Assembly: GCA_011391785.1 (NCBI GenBank)
Contig: JAABPW010000228.1
Span: 9,946-73,945, forward strand
Length of the DNA stretch: 64,000 nt
DNA from: Verrucomicrobiota bacterium
Lineage (GTDB): Bacteria > Verrucomicrobiota > Kiritimatiellia > CAIKKV01 > CAITUY01
Direction of reading: 5' to 3'
Part shown: positions 1-11,649 of the stretch, in pieces
Position numbering within the stretch: position 1 is the stretch's first letter
How the letters are laid out: every line of letters begins with the position of its first letter
The notes under the pieces: generated by a model
Seen by the model: the letters and a program-made list of their open reading frames with translations, nothing else
The model's database searches: none
Told to the model about the DNA's origin: nothing
Translations under genes and position numbers: made by a program

Positions 1-38
1 TGCCCGCACAGTCACCGTTGAGGGGGGGATGTTTCTCT

Positions 39-3000
39 TTATCCGGCGAATTCCCGGGCATTTTGGAACATTCTCAGCCAGGGACCTTCCTCGCCCTTGA
101 ACAGGTCCCCGGGTTTCCAGGAAAGTTGGATGGCCCGGAAAGCGCGCTCGGGGTGGGGCATCATGATGGTGACCCGGCCATCCCGCGTGGTGAGCCCGGT
201 CAGGCCATGGGGGGATCCATTGGGGTTGGAGGGATACTGTTCCGAGGGTCTGCCGTAATTATCCACATAACGCAGGGCCGCCAGATTGTGGCCGAGAATG
301 TCCGGCAGCGAGCCGGTCCTGCTGAAATTCGTGAACCCCTCGCCGTGGGCCACGGGAATGGGAATCCGTGATCCGGCCATGCCTTTCAGCAGAATCGACG
401 GGGAGGGTTGGATCTCTACCGTCGCATACCGGGCCTCGAACTGCTCAATCCTGTTGCGGGTGAACTGCGGCCATGCCTCGGCACCGGGAATGATGTCCTT
501 GAGCAGCGAGACCATCTGGCACCCATTGCATATGCCCAGGGTGAAGGTGTCGGGGCGGGTGAAGAAAGACTGGAACATATCCCGGAGCCGGTCATTGAAC
601 AGGATGCTCCGGGCCCAGCCAGCCCCGGCCCCCAGTACGTCGCCGTAGGAAAAACCGCCACAGGCCACCAGACCCGAGAAGTTGGCGAGATTCACCCGGC
701 CTGACAGGAGGTCGGTCATGTGCACATCAATACTGGTGAAGCCTGCCCGGGCGAAGGCGGCTGCCATTTCAATGTGACCATTGATGCCCTGTTCGCGGAG
801 AATGGCCATTTTGGGCCGGTCGGTGCCGATGGTGAACGGGCGGCAGGGATCGTAGGTCAGGTTGAAGGAGAGCCCCGGATTGGTTTCGTCCTTGAGTGTC
901 TCATATTCCTCGCGGACGCAAACCTCGTTGTCGCGGCGGGATTGCATCTCGCAGGAAAGTTCCGACCAAACCCTCTTTAAGTGTGAGACTGACGCCTGGT
1001 AGATGGGCGTGTCGCCCATCTTGAAGGTCAGGGTCTTGTCCCCTGTCGGGCTTCCCAGGATGATGGCCAGGTCGCCGATATCGTGGCGTTTCAGGATTTC
1101 GTTTACACGGGGAATGTTCTGGTCGGACACTTGGATCACGGCGCCGAGTTCCTCGGCGAAAAGGGCGGACAAGGGCTCTTCACCTACTTCGTCCAACTGG
1201 GCGTGCAACCCGGAATGAGCGCCGAACGCCATTTCGGCCAAGGTCACAAACAGGCCGCCGTCGGAACGGTCGTGGTAGGCCAGCAACAGCCCTTCGGCGA
1301 CAAGTTCCTGAATGGCGGCGAAGAAGTTGGCCAGGTCCGCCGGGCTATCGAGATCAGGAGGAACGGCACCCACCTGGTTGTAGACCTGGGCGAGGGCGGA
1401 GGCGCCAAGGCGGTTTTTCCCGCGGCCAAGGTCGAGCAGGAGGAGCACTGAGTCGGGTGCGGGCTTCAGTTCGGCGGTGACCGTTTTCCGCACATCCAGG
1501 ACAGAGGTGAAGGCGCTGACAATGAGGCTGAGCGGACCGATCTGGCGCTCGGTTTTACCACTGGAATCTTTCCACATGGTCCGCATGGAAAGGGAATCCT
1601 TGCCCACGGGGATCGAAATTCCCAGTTCCGGACAGAGTTTCATGCCGACCGCCCGCACGGTTTCGAAGAGTGCGGCATCCTCGCCTTCCTCGCCGCATGC
1701 GCACATCCAGTTGGCGGAGAGCTTGATGTTTCCAAGCCGGCCAGTGAGGACGCCCGCGATATTGGTCAGCGCCTCGCCGACGGCCATGCGGCCCGAGGCC
1801 GGGGCATTGAGCAGGGCGATGGGTGTCCTTTCGCCCATGGACATGGCTTCCCCCTGATAACCGTCATAAGTCGCAACGGTCACGGCGGCGTCGGATATCG
1901 GGGTTTGGTACGGCCCCGTCATTTGGTCGCGTGTCACCATTCCCGTCACCGAACGGTCGGCGATGGTGATGAGGAAGGTTTTGTTGGCGACGGCCGGGAG
2001 CCTTAGGACACGTTCCACGGCATCACCAAGATCGATGCTGGAGCAATCCAAATCGGTCTGGGTTTCGGTGAGGCGTTTGACGTCGCGGAGCATTTTCGGG
2101 GGCTTCCCGAGAATAACCTGAAGGTCGATGTCGATGGGGTTGTTGTTGAAATGGGTGTCGTGCAGGGTGAGGTGCCTGTCATCGGTGGCCTCGCCGATGA
2201 CGGCGGCGGGGCAGCGTTCGCGCCGGCACAGCGCCATAAACCTGTCAAGCTGCTCCGGAGCCACGGCCAGGACATAGCGTTCCTGTGCCTCGCAGCACCA
2301 GATTTCCATGGGGCTCATGGAGATTTCCTCGTTATTGATCTTGCGCAGGTCGAACCGGCCGCCGGTCTCCGAGACCAGTTCCGGGCAGCCGTTGGAGAGG
2401 CCGCCGGCGCCGATATCGTGGATGCTGAGGATGGGGTTCTCGTCATTGAGGGCGATGCAGGTGTTGATGACTTCCTGGCAGCGGCGCTCGATCTCGGCAT
2501 TGTCGCGCTGGACCGAATCGAAATCGAGGTTTTCGGCATTGCTGCCGCTCCCCATGGAAGAGGCCGCGCCGCCGCCCAGCCCGATGCGCAGGGCCGGGCC
2601 GCCGATCTGGATGATGAAGGCACCCGGAAGGATAGGCTTCTTGAGGATGTGTTTCCGCTTGATATTGCCCATGCCGCCGGCTGTCATGATGGGCTTGTGG
2701 TAGCCGCGGTAACGGTTGTTGTGGCGGTGTTCGTAGGTGCGGAAGATTCCCGTGAGCTGGGGGCGCCCGAACTCGTTGCCGAAGCGGGCTCCACCCAGCG
2801 GGCCATCGGTCATGATTTCCAGGGGCGTCGCCAGGCGGTTCGGGAATTCGGCATAGTCCTGTTCCCACGGCATGACAAACCCTGGGATCTTCAGGTTGGA
2901 GACAAGGAAGGCGGCCAGTCCGGCCTTGGGTTTTCCGCCGGTACCCGTGGCGCCCTCGTCGCGGATTTCGCCGCCGACGCCGGTGGCGGCACCGGGATAG

Positions 3001-3926
3001 GGCGAGATGGCGGTGGGATGGTTGTGCGTCTCAACCTTCATGAGGATATCGACCTGCTCCGGCAGACTGCCGTAGTGGTTGGATCCGCCGGGATGAACTT
3101 CAAACCAGTTTCCGGGAAAACCTTCCATTACCGAGGAATTGTCCTCATAGGCCATCAACGTGCCCTGCGGGTGCAGGGTGTGGGTGTTGCGAATCATGTC
3201 AAAAAGGCTCAGGGACTGGCGTTCGCCGTCCAGAATCCAATCGGCCTTGAAGATCTTGTGCCGGCAGTGCTCGGAGTTGACCTGCCCGAACATGACCAGC
3301 TCGACGTCAGTCGGGTTGCGCCGGAGCTTGGTGTAGACATCAAACAGGTATTGGATTTCCTCGTCCGAAAGCGCCAGGCCCAGCGTGATGTTCGCCTTTT
3401 TCAAGGCGGGAAGCCCCCCCTCGAGGATGTCGACGCACACGAGCGGGGCGGGGGGAATATGTTGGAAGATATCGGAGAGATCGGTGTAAACCCCCTCGGT
3501 CATCCGGTCGTGAATGACATGGAGCGCGGGCTTCAGCTGCGACAGGGTGGCGGATGAGTCATCGGCCAGCCGGACCTGGAAAAGCGATCCGCGTTCAACG
3601 CGCTGCACGGCGCCGAGTCCGCAGTTGTGGAAGATGTCGGTGGCCTTGGATGCCCAGGGTGACAAGGTTCCCTTGCGGGGCGTGACAAAAACTCCGTCAT
3701 GGGAGTGGGGCTGAATCCGGTTGTCGGTATCAAGCAGGGCGGCAACCCGCGGCCACAGTTCGGCGGGAAAATTCGTCGCGGTTTCAACGATGAAAACGGC
3801 ATGGACCTCGAGGGCGTCGATTTTGCATCCCGGCATTTCCCTGGAAATCTGGTGTTTCAGGGCGGAGAGGCGGAAGGCCGAGTGAACGGGCCCGCCTTTG
3901 AAGATGTGGAGTGTGTGGGTGGTCAT
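39..3926 (-). CDS. purL: phosphoribosylformylglycinamidine (FGAM) synthase, single-chain large form
   Basis: 1295-aa ORF with the PurL N-terminal region, duplicated AIR-synthase-like domains and a C-terminal class-I glutamine amidotransferase; stop TAA at 39-41. Confidence 0.95.
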   Translation of the reverse strand: MTTHTLHIFKGGPVHSAFRLSALKHQISREMPGCKIDALEVHAVFIVETATNFPAELWPRVAALLDTDNRIQPHSHDGVFVTPRKGTLSPWASKATDIFHNCGLGAVQRVERGSLFQVRLADDSSATLSQLKPALHVIHDRMTEGVYTDLSDIFQHIPPAPLVCVDILEGGLPALKKANITLGLALSDEEIQYLFDVYTKLRRNPTDVELVMFGQVNSEHCRHKIFKADWILDGERQSLSLFDMIRNTHTLHPQGTLMAYEDNSSVMEGFPGNWFEVHPGGSNHYGSLPEQVDILMKVETHNHPTAISPYPGAATGVGGEIRDEGATGTGGKPKAGLAAFLVSNLKIPGFVMPWEQDYAEFPNRLATPLEIMTDGPLGGARFGNEFGRPQLTGIFRTYEHRHNNRYRGYHKPIMTAGGMGNIKRKHILKKPILPGAFIIQIGGPALRIGLGGGAASSMGSGSNAENLDFDSVQRDNAEIERRCQEVINTCIALNDENPILSIHDIGAGGLSNGCPELVSETGGRFDLRKINNEEISMSPMEIWCCEAQERYVLAVAPEQLDRFMALCRRERCPAAVIGEATDDRHLTLHDTHFNNNPIDIDLQVILGKPPKMLRDVKRLTETQTDLDCSSIDLGDAVERVLRLPAVANKTFLITIADRSVTGMVTRDQMTGPYQTPISDAAVTVATYDGYQGEAMSMGERTPIALLNAPASGRMAVGEALTNIAGVLTGRLGNIKLSANWMCACGEEGEDAALFETVRAVGMKLCPELGISIPVGKDSLSMRTMWKDSSGKTERQIGPLSLIVSAFTSVLDVRKTVTAELKPAPDSVLLLLDLGRGKNRLGASALAQVYNQVGAVPPDLDSPADLANFFAAIQELVAEGLLLAYHDRSDGGLFVTLAEMAFGAHSGLHAQLDEVGEEPLSALFAEELGAVIQVSDQNIPRVNEILKRHDIGDLAIILGSPTGDKTLTFKMGDTPIYQASVSHLKRVWSELSCEMQSRRDNEVCVREEYETLKDETNPGLSFNLTYDPCRPFTIGTDRPKMAILREQGINGHIEMAAAFARAGFTSIDVHMTDLLSGRVNLANFSGLVACGGFSYGDVLGAGAGWARSILFNDRLRDMFQSFFTRPDTFTLGICNGCQMVSLLKDIIPGAEAWPQFTRNRIEQFEARYATVEIQPSPSILLKGMAGSRIPIPVAHGEGFTNFSRTGSLPDILGHNLAALRYVDNYGRPSEQYPSNPNGSPHGLTGLTTRDGRVTIMMPHPERAFRAIQLSWKPGDLFKGEEGPWLRMFQNAREFAG

Positions 3927-3930
3927 GGGG

Positions 3931-4851
3931 TCAACTGTGTTTGTTTGTGATCAGGGGTTTGGGTTGCTGGTTGTAGACTTTTGAATGGGGGGGGACCGAA
4001 TGCGTGAGCCAGACATTGCCGCCGATTTCAGAGCCGGTTCCGATGACCGTCTCGCCTCCCAGAATGGTGGCGCCGGCGTAGATGGTGACATCGTCCTGGA
4101 CATCCGGGTGCCGCTTGATTCCCTTGATGGGATTGCCGTCGGCGTCCTTCGGAAAGCTCAGTGCGCCCAGGGTGACGCCCTGGTACAGCTTGACGCGGCG
4201 CCCGATGGTCGTGGTTTCGCCGATCACCACGCCGGTGCCGTGGTCAATGAAGAAGCCGGGTCCGATCATGGCGCCGGGATGGATGTCAATTCCCGTCTGG
4301 GAATGGGAGTACTCGGACATGATGCGCGGGATCAGGGGAACGTGCTCCTGATAAAGGACATGGGCTATCCGGTGGACCATGATGGCCTGAACCCCGGGGT
4401 AGCTCATGACCACCTCCATGATGGAACGGGCCGCCGGATCCCCTTCGTAGGCGGCCTGAATATCCTCCTGAAGTATCTTGCGGACGTCCATCAGGGATTC
4501 CATGAGCCGCTTGACGGCCTTGGCCGCCTTGAGGGCGCAGTCACCGCAGTCCTTGCATTGCTCAAAGACGCATTGATAACGGAAGGCGTACTCAATTTGT
4601 TCCGCGAGTGCGGCGGCACTTGTCTGGAGCCGTTTTTCGGTAATGGCACGTATTTGTTCGGCGGGTATCGGGTTTCGGCCGTGGCAACCGGGGAAGAGCA
4701 CGGCGACCAGGTCATCCAGGACCTGGTAGATTGCCTTTCGGCCTGACAGCTGGAAGCCCCGTGACGTATTGGAGGTCATGGCGCAGATATCGCAGCCGCT
4801 CAGGATGCGGGCAAGTTCGGGAATATCAATATTGTTGCCGGGGTTTTTCAT
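3931..4851 (-). CDS. cysE: serine O-acetyltransferase (long form with hexapeptide-repeat C-terminus)
   Basis: 306 aa; SATase N-terminal helical domain followed by left-handed beta-helix hexapeptide repeats ([25 protein letters not shown]...); RBS GAAGGAAA upstream of ATG. Confidence 0.9.
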   Translation of the reverse strand: MKNPGNNIDIPELARILSGCDICAMTSNTSRGFQLSGRKAIYQVLDDLVAVLFPGCHGRNPIPAEQIRAITEKRLQTSAAALAEQIEYAFRYQCVFEQCKDCGDCALKAAKAVKRLMESLMDVRKILQEDIQAAYEGDPAARSIMEVVMSYPGVQAIMVHRIAHVLYQEHVPLIPRIMSEYSHSQTGIDIHPGAMIGPGFFIDHGTGVVIGETTTIGRRVKLYQGVTLGALSFPKDADGNPIKGIKRHPDVQDDVTIYAGATILGGETVIGTGSEIGGNVWLTHSVPPHSKVYNQQPKPLITNKHS

Positions 4852-4874
4852 GGCGTTTCCTTCGATGCGACCGG

Positions 4875-6635
4875 TCAGGGTCTGGCAATGTTCACGAGAA
4901 TCCTTTCAGCACCCAGGTTTCGCAATCCGCTCCGCACCAGAAGCCGGCTGATCGGGCTTTCCGCCAGGGGGATGATCTTCTTGACCTTGATGTTGTCCTG
5001 CCGGCAAAGATTCAGGAAATCGGTCCAGGTGGCCATGTGGATGTTGGGGGTGTTGTACCATTCGAACGGTAACGCCTCGGTTTTAGGCATACGGCCGGTT
5101 ACCCCGAGTTTTATCCGGTTGTGCCAATTGGCGAAGTTGGGAAAGCTGACGATGCCCTCGCGGGCGATCCGCAGCATTTCATGCAGCACCTCGCGGGGGC
5201 GACGAACCACCTGGAGGGTTTGGCTGAGGATGACGTAATCATAGGACTGGTCGGGGATCATGGAGAGATCCTCGTCAATATCGTCCTGGAATATATCGAG
5301 TTTCTTTTCCAGTGCCGCGATGAGATTGTGCAGGTCAATGTCCACCCCCATGCCGGTGGTGTTCCGGTTGGTGGCGAGCAAGGAAAGCAGATCCCCGTTG
5401 CCGCACCCGAGATCCAGAACGCGTGAGCCGGGTTCGATGAGATTTGCGATCAGGTCGTAGTCATCGCGCTTGACGACCGGCATGGCCGGATTCGGGGTGG
5501 CGCATCCTCCCAGGAAAGTGCAGATGACCTGTGACATGTGCTCAATGTCCACCAGGAAGGCGTCATGCCCGTACGGAGCCTTGAGCAGGCAATAGGAGAC
5601 GGGCTTGCCGATTTGCACGAAGGCGGAGGCGATCTCCAGCGACTGTTCCGGAGGGAATAGCCAATCAGAACTCAGGGCCACGACCATGAACCGGGCCTTG
5701 ACGTCCTTGAAGGCTGTTTTCAGCTCACCATAGGTCTCGACCAGATCATAGCTATCCATGGCGTGGGTGATGTGGAGGTACGAGTTGGGGTCAAACCGCT
5801 CCACAAACTTTTCGCCCTGGTATTGGAGATAGCTTTCCACTTCAAACCGGGTGCTGAACCGGTCTTCGGCGGCGTGCGCTTTCTTCTTGCGCCCGAATTT
5901 TGTGGTCATGATCTCCGGCGAGAGATAGGTGATGTGCCCGAGCATGCGGGCGGCGGCCAGGCCGTTCCTGGGGAGCTGGCCGGTTCCGTAATAATTGCCA
6001 CCGACCCAGCCGGGGTCGTTGGTGATCACTTCGCGCCCGACGATGTCAAAGGCCAGGGCCTGGGCGGACAATGAGGCTGCCGAAGCGATGCAAATGCAGT
6101 TTTTCGGGACCTCGGGATAGCGGATGCTCCACTCCAGAACCTGCATGCCGCCGAATGAGCCGCCAATCACCGCATGAAGGCGGTTGATGCCAAGCTGCTG
6201 AAGGAACAGGTAATGGACGTGGACGATGTCGCCGATGGTGATGGACGGGAAGTCCTCGCCATAAGCGCGGCGGGTTTCCGGATTGATGGAGGAGGGACCG
6301 GTGGTGCCCTTGCAGCCGCCGAGGATGTTGGCGCAAATGACGTGGTAGAGGTTGGTGTCGAGCCCCTTGCCGGGACCGATCATGTCGTTCCACCAACCGG
6401 GAGCCGTATCCTCCTTGGTGTGGTATCCCGCCACATGGGCATCGCCCGTGAGCGCGTGGCAGATGAAGACCGCATTGTCGCGTTCGGCATTGAGCGTGCC
6501 ATACGACTCGTAGGCCACCGTCAATTCAGGCAGAACCCCGCCGTTTTCCAGCTTCAATCCGCCCGGGGGGAGGGGAATGCTCACGGTGCGGGTTTCAACC
6601 AGACCAACCGATTGTTCAAGATTCACTGTTTTCAT
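4875..6635 (-). CDS. metX: homoserine O-acetyltransferase MetX fused in-frame to a MetW-like methyltransferase-fold domain
   Basis: 586 aa; N-terminal ~380 aa is an MetX alpha/beta hydrolase (GGSFGGMQ nucleophile elbow); C-terminal ~200 aa is MetW-like (VLDLGCGNGDLL SAM-binding fold). Confidence 0.9.
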   Translation of the reverse strand: MKTVNLEQSVGLVETRTVSIPLPPGGLKLENGGVLPELTVAYESYGTLNAERDNAVFICHALTGDAHVAGYHTKEDTAPGWWNDMIGPGKGLDTNLYHVICANILGGCKGTTGPSSINPETRRAYGEDFPSITIGDIVHVHYLFLQQLGINRLHAVIGGSFGGMQVLEWSIRYPEVPKNCICIASAASLSAQALAFDIVGREVITNDPGWVGGNYYGTGQLPRNGLAAARMLGHITYLSPEIMTTKFGRKKKAHAAEDRFSTRFEVESYLQYQGEKFVERFDPNSYLHITHAMDSYDLVETYGELKTAFKDVKARFMVVALSSDWLFPPEQSLEIASAFVQIGKPVSYCLLKAPYGHDAFLVDIEHMSQVICTFLGGCATPNPAMPVVKRDDYDLIANLIEPGSRVLDLGCGNGDLLSLLATNRNTTGMGVDIDLHNLIAALEKKLDIFQDDIDEDLSMIPDQSYDYVILSQTLQVVRRPREVLHEMLRIAREGIVSFPNFANWHNRIKLGVTGRMPKTEALPFEWYNTPNIHMATWTDFLNLCRQDNIKVKKIIPLAESPISRLLVRSGLRNLGAERILVNIARP

Positions 6636-6687
6636 GCTGTCCGATCACTGCGCAAAATTCATTATTTAGTGTTCAACGGGCGAAATG

Positions 6688-7017
6688 TCAATCGCTGCCC
6701 TGTGTTTCCCGGCGGAGCCATGACATATACGCGGGGAATCCCCCTGAAATCGGTGTCGCAATGATCTCCGGGACCTCGTAGGGGTGATGTTCGCGGATAA
6801 AGCGCTGGAGGGCGGTTGCGCGGGCCGCTCGGGTTTTGCAGGACAGCAGGTGCTCGCGTCCTGATTCGATCTTTCCCTTCCATCGGTAGGTGCTGTGGAC
6901 CGGCCATTGCTGGACGCAGGCGGCCAATCCGGCCTTCACGATGGCCGTCGCCATCTCCAGCGCCTGCTTGCGGGTGGCGAGGGTGGTTGTCACAATGCAA
7001 AATCCAGATTTCGTCAT
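6688..7017 (-). CDS. cutA: divalent-cation tolerance protein CutA
   Basis: ~109 aa from the internal ATG (MTKSGFCIVTTTLATRKQALE...EVPEIIATPISGG); CutA1 family signature; the ORF extends upstream but its N-terminus is non-protein-like. Confidence 0.8.
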   Translation of the reverse strand: MTKSGFCIVTTTLATRKQALEMATAIVKAGLAACVQQWPVHSTYRWKGKIESGREHLLSCKTRAARATALQRFIREHHPYEVPEIIATPISGGFPAYMSWLRRETQGSD

Positions 7018-7152
7018 ACCCCGGAAAGTATCGAATTTACCCCCCTCCCAGCAAGGGGAATGGAGAGGGGTGGCCAAGGAATGCGGTTGATTCAGGGCGT
7101 GACGTGGGATATAGATACAGGGCCTGCGATGCAGGCGGGTGAAGGAGCGGCT

Positions 7153-8244
7153 ATGGCAACTGCAATCAATGTCAAACTGGGTGAACGATCCTACCCGATC
7201 CATATTGGACAGGGAGTGCCGTTGGCGGGTGAATTGGATGCCGGTACCCGTGTGATGCTGGTATCGGATTCGAATGTCGATGCATTGCACGGTGAGGCGT
7301 GTGCAAGGCAGCTGTCCGGACACGGACTTGAGGTGGTCCGGGCCGTCATTCCTGCCGGGGAAGCCACCAAATCGCTCCAGTGGGTTGAGTTTCTGTATGC
7401 CAAGGCCGCGGAGGCCGGTCTGGACCGGTCATGTGCCATGGCGGCCCTGGGGGGGGGCATGACGGGCGACCTGGTCGGATTTGTCGCGGCCACATACCTG
7501 AGGGGAGTTCGCTTTGTCCAGATCCCGACCTCCCTTCTGGCCATGGTCGACAGTTCGGTGGGGGGGAAGACTGGAATCAACCTGCCTCAAGGAAAGAACC
7601 TGGTCGGTGCCTTTTACCAGCCGGTCGAGGTCAACGCCGATCTCGTGTTGCTGGCAACCCTGCCGCGTCGTGAATATATCTCCGGCCTTGCCGAAGTGGT
7701 GAAGTACGGTGTTATTTGGGATGCCTCGTTTTTTCATTTTCTAGAGAAGCATCCGGCAGAGCTGCTTGACCGGAATCCGGAGTTGCTGGAGAAGGTGGTG
7801 GCCCGTTGCTGCGAGATCAAGGCCGAGGTCGTGGCGATGGATGAGCGGGAGCTCGGCCCGCGGGCCATTCTGAATTTCGGGCATACATTGGGACATGCCC
7901 TCGAGAAAGTGGATGGCTATGGTCGCTGGTTGCACGGCGAGGCCGTGGCCATCGGGATGAATTATGCGGCACGCCTGTCGGTTGTAACGCATGGATTCAA
8001 GCCTGCCGATGCGGATCGGATTGTTCGGCTGATGGAGCGCCTTGAGTTGCCGGTTCGCCCGGTTGGGGCTCCGCTTGATTGGCGCCTTCTCAGGGAAGCC
8101 ATGATGCTGGACAAGAAAACCCTGAAGAAGCGGCCCCGCTTTGTGCTGGCCAAGCAGCTTGGCGGCGTCGTGACGGGGTGCGAGGTGGATGAGCCGATTT
8201 TGGCGGAAGCTTGGACGGCCTGCTGCAACAAGGAGCCCTCATGA
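7153..8244 (+). CDS. aroB: 3-dehydroquinate synthase
   Basis: 363 aa from MATAINVKL; RBS GAAGGAG at 7141-7147; conserved DHQS motifs (GGGMTGDLVGFVAATYLRG, VDSSVGGKTGIN, NFGHTLGHALE). Confidence 0.93.
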   Translation: MATAINVKLGERSYPIHIGQGVPLAGELDAGTRVMLVSDSNVDALHGEACARQLSGHGLEVVRAVIPAGEATKSLQWVEFLYAKAAEAGLDRSCAMAALGGGMTGDLVGFVAATYLRGVRFVQIPTSLLAMVDSSVGGKTGINLPQGKNLVGAFYQPVEVNADLVLLATLPRREYISGLAEVVKYGVIWDASFFHFLEKHPAELLDRNPELLEKVVARCCEIKAEVVAMDERELGPRAILNFGHTLGHALEKVDGYGRWLHGEAVAIGMNYAARLSVVTHGFKPADADRIVRLMERLELPVRPVGAPLDWRLLREAMMLDKKTLKKRPRFVLAKQLGGVVTGCEVDEPILAEAWTACCNKEPS

Positions 8245-9212
8245 TCCGCTCATTTGTTTTCAATCAGTCCCAGGGGCGCCTGATCAGCCAGGATATCGCC
8301 CCGGATCTCCTGAAAATCGTGCTGCAGGACGAGGGCGTTCAGTTCTGGGTTGATGTCGGGGAATGCACCGACGAGGAGGCGAAGGAGGTTTTGGATGGAA
8401 TATTCCAGTTCCATCCCCTCGCCATCGAGGACTGTCTGGCGCCGAGCGACCGCGCCAAGGTCGAGGAATACGAGGGCTATGTCTTCCTGGTCATCCACGC
8501 GGTGACCTACAACAATGGCGAATTCAAGCGGAGCGAGCTGGATATTTTCATTGGAAAGAATTTCCTGGTGACCTACCACCGTGAACCGCTGCCATGTATC
8601 CATTCCACCATCGAGCGGGTCCTGAAAAACGCGCCCGCCGTGGCGCGTGCCCCTGACCGCTTGACCTACACCATCCTCGATTTTCTTTTGGAGGGGTATG
8701 CCCCCGCGCTCGAGGAAATGTCGCAGGAGATTGCTGAACTGGAGAAGACGATGCTCACGAGCCGGTCGGAGGATATCCTGGCGGGAGTGATGCAATTGAA
8801 GGGGGAAGTCCAGCGGCTCCGTTCGGTGGCCTGGCCGCAGCGCGAGACCATTGCGCGTCTGGCCCACGGTGAGTTCAAGGTGGTTCGGGCCCACATGGTT
8901 CCCTATTACCGGGATCTGCTGGATCAGCTGGTCAAAATCAGTTCGCAGGCGGAAAATGCGCGGGACTCGCTGACCAATGTGCTTCAGATCCACTTGAACA
9001 TCCAGCAGATGCAGGTGAATCATGTCATCAAGGTGCTTACCGTGATGGCTACCCTCTGCATGCCGGCCCTGGTAATCACCAGCTACTACGGAATGAACGT
9101 CTACCACTGGCCTGACCTTGAGAATCACTTCGGGTGGCTTTGGGTTGTGGCGATAACGGGCCTGTCGACGGCCATGCTTGCGTGGCTCCTGAAACGCCGG
9201 GGCTGGTGGTGA
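8241..9212 (+). CDS. corA: magnesium/cobalt transporter CorA
   Basis: 323 aa; ATGA start/stop overlap with aroB and RBS AAGGAG at 8230-8235; C-terminal TM pair with the YGMNV (GMN) signature. Confidence 0.9.
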   Translation: MIRSFVFNQSQGRLISQDIAPDLLKIVLQDEGVQFWVDVGECTDEEAKEVLDGIFQFHPLAIEDCLAPSDRAKVEEYEGYVFLVIHAVTYNNGEFKRSELDIFIGKNFLVTYHREPLPCIHSTIERVLKNAPAVARAPDRLTYTILDFLLEGYAPALEEMSQEIAELEKTMLTSRSEDILAGVMQLKGEVQRLRSVAWPQRETIARLAHGEFKVVRAHMVPYYRDLLDQLVKISSQAENARDSLTNVLQIHLNIQQMQVNHVIKVLTVMATLCMPALVITSYYGMNVYHWPDLENHFGWLWVVAITGLSTAMLAWLLKRRGWW

Positions 9213-9228
9213 GGGGAGTCCCGCCGCC

Positions 9229-11643
9229 ATGAAGATTGAGTTGCTGGCGCCGGCGGGTGACCTTGAGGCGGCCTATGCCGCCTTTCATTACGGTGCCAAT
9301 GCCATTTATCTGGGCCTCAAACGGTTTTCCGCCCGGGCGGAAGCTGCCAATTTCACCCCCGATGAGCTCAGTGAGATCACGGCATTCGCCCACCAGTCCG
9401 CTCCGCGCCGTTCCGTGTTCGTTGCCCTGAACACCCTGATCCTGGATGATGAGGTCAATGATGCCATTGATGCGCTTGCCACGGCCGAGGAGGCGGGCGT
9501 GGATGCCGTGATTGTCCAGGATCTGGGTGTTGCCCGGCTGGTCCGCCGGCACTTTCCAAAGCTGGCGTTGCACGCCAGCACCCAGATGGCCATCCACGAT
9601 GTCGCCGGCGCCGTGGCGGCCGCCAAGCTGGGGTTCAGCCGGGTGACCCTGGCCCGCGAGCTGACCCTCAAGGAGGTGGAGGCGATTGTGCGGGACAGCG
9701 GGCTGGAGGTCGAAACCTTCATCCATGGGGCCTTGTGCTACTCCTACAGCGGCTTGTGCCTCTACTCCTCCATGCTGAGGGGGCGAAGCGGGAATCGCGG
9801 ACGCTGCACCTATCCCTGCCGCGACAGTTTTGGAAAGGAAGGGAATCCGGACCGGTATCCCTTCTCCATGAAGGATCTGGCTGTGGCCTCGGATGTGGTG
9901 AAGTTGCGGGATGCCGGCGTCTACAGTTTCAAGATCGAGGGACGCAAGAAAAGCGCGCTTTATGTGGCCGCGGTGACTCGTTATTACCGGAGTCTTCTAG
10001 ACAACCGGTTGTCACCGGATGACCGGCGCGACGCCGAGGAGGATATCAAGACCATCTTCAGCCGTCCCTGGACCTCCCTTTATTTGACATCCGCCCGGAA
10101 CCGTCAGGTGACCGATGCGGTGGTGGTGGGGCACCGGGGGGCGCCGATCGGGACCGTTCAGGATCTCGTGAAGCAGGGACATGCCGACTGGATCCGCTTC
10201 AAGACCAGCCGCCGGATCGAGCGGCATGATGGAATCCAGACCGATGTCCCTGGGCAGGGCCGTCCCTTCGGGTTTCCGGTGGACAGCCTGAGATTGGCTG
10301 GCGCGCGGGGAAAAAGGCCGGAGGATGTATTTGAGGCTGACGCCCATGCTCTCGTTGAAGTGATGCTCCCCGCGGAGCATCCGAAAATCGAGCCCGGTGC
10401 GCCGTTGTACTGCTCCTCGTCCCAGGAAGTGAAACAGCATTATAAATTCCCGCGGCCGAAGCCGGGGGTGTACCGTGTTCGCACCCCGGCGACTGTTGTC
10501 GTGACCGTCACGGCCGAACTGATTTCCGTTGAGGTCGCGGTTCCATCCACGTCCTTGCGCGCCCGATCGTCGCTGGCGGGAGCCTTTGAACCCGGCCGGG
10601 ATGTTGCCCGGATCGAAGCAACCGCCCGGGATGCCTTCCTCAAGCTTGGCGACACCCGTTTTGACCTGGCGCAATTCACATTGATCAACCGGGCGAACCT
10701 TTTCATTCCGGTCTCCCTGCTCAACCGGGTTCGCCGCGAGGTGATGTCGAAACTCGCGGAGGCCATGACCACCGCCCGCCAGGAACGGGTCCGCGGGGTG
10801 CAGGAAGAGGAGCAGCCTGAACGGCCGGCCCATTCCGCCCGTGAGCCCCTCTGGAGCATCAAGGTTGACCGCCTCGAGCATCTGGCGGCTTTCCAGGAAT
10901 CCGATTGGAAAGGGGTTCACGAGGTGGTCCTGGACATACGGCGGGATGCCCTGCCTGAATTGCAGGCCAGCTTGGCGGTGCTTTCGGAGCGGGTGGGGCC
11001 GGACAGGATCAGGATAGGACTCCCCTTGCTTGCCCGCGAATGGGAGGCTGATGAGATCCGGATCAAGAGGAACACCCTGCGGGACGCAGGCTGGAAGCAA
11101 TGGGAGGCCGCCGCACTGTCGGATTGGCCGGATGGCGATCTGACAACGGATTGGTCCGTGTATATCACCAACCGGTCGGCCGCCCGCCAGGTTCTGGGCA
11201 TGGGGGTCTCCCGGTTCACTCTTTCCCCTGAGGATGGGCGCGACAATATGGAGGCCTTGCTGGCGCAGTTTGGCGATAGGGCCACGGTCATTGTCTTTCA
11301 GGATACCCCGCTCTTCATTTCCGAAACCTGCGCCCTTTCGGCGATGGCGGGTCAGTGTCCGGCTGATCCGAATTGCCGGGATTCCGACAAGGAATGGGTG
11401 TCGGGTAGCGGAGATACCATCCGGCTTGTCCAGCAGGGCTGCCGGACAATCGCCCTCCATCGGAAACCGCACTCGCTAGCCAGGTATCTGGAGGAGTTGA
11501 CGGAAATGGGGGCCTTGCATTTCCGGGCGGACTTCATCAATCACCACTATGAGGCGGCAGAGGTTCGGCGACTGTGGCGAGCGCTCCGCCATGGCGGTAC
11601 GGTGCCGGGTCATGAGGGGAATTACCGGCAGGGGATGAGATAG
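9229..11643 (+). CDS. peptidase U32 family protein, long form with C-terminal DUF3656-like extension (RlhA/TrhP-like)
   Basis: 804 aa; N-terminal U32 core (MKIELLAPAGDLEAAYAAF...FKIEGRKKSALYVAAVTRYYR) with a Cys-rich CxxC..C Fe-S-like segment, then a ~400-aa extension. Confidence 0.8.
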   Translation: MKIELLAPAGDLEAAYAAFHYGANAIYLGLKRFSARAEAANFTPDELSEITAFAHQSAPRRSVFVALNTLILDDEVNDAIDALATAEEAGVDAVIVQDLGVARLVRRHFPKLALHASTQMAIHDVAGAVAAAKLGFSRVTLARELTLKEVEAIVRDSGLEVETFIHGALCYSYSGLCLYSSMLRGRSGNRGRCTYPCRDSFGKEGNPDRYPFSMKDLAVASDVVKLRDAGVYSFKIEGRKKSALYVAAVTRYYRSLLDNRLSPDDRRDAEEDIKTIFSRPWTSLYLTSARNRQVTDAVVVGHRGAPIGTVQDLVKQGHADWIRFKTSRRIERHDGIQTDVPGQGRPFGFPVDSLRLAGARGKRPEDVFEADAHALVEVMLPAEHPKIEPGAPLYCSSSQEVKQHYKFPRPKPGVYRVRTPATVVVTVTAELISVEVAVPSTSLRARSSLAGAFEPGRDVARIEATARDAFLKLGDTRFDLAQFTLINRANLFIPVSLLNRVRREVMSKLAEAMTTARQERVRGVQEEEQPERPAHSAREPLWSIKVDRLEHLAAFQESDWKGVHEVVLDIRRDALPELQASLAVLSERVGPDRIRIGLPLLAREWEADEIRIKRNTLRDAGWKQWEAAALSDWPDGDLTTDWSVYITNRSAARQVLGMGVSRFTLSPEDGRDNMEALLAQFGDRATVIVFQDTPLFISETCALSAMAGQCPADPNCRDSDKEWVSGSGDTIRLVQQGCRTIALHRKPHSLARYLEELTEMGALHFRADFINHHYEAAEVRRLWRALRHGGTVPGHEGNYRQGMR

Positions 11644-11649
11644 GGAGGC

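Noticed and set aside
6636-6700. Possible SAM riboswitch upstream of metX
   Set aside because: Only ~52 nt separate the metX start from the cutA stop, and the sequence shows no SAM-I or SAM-II-like pairing elements.
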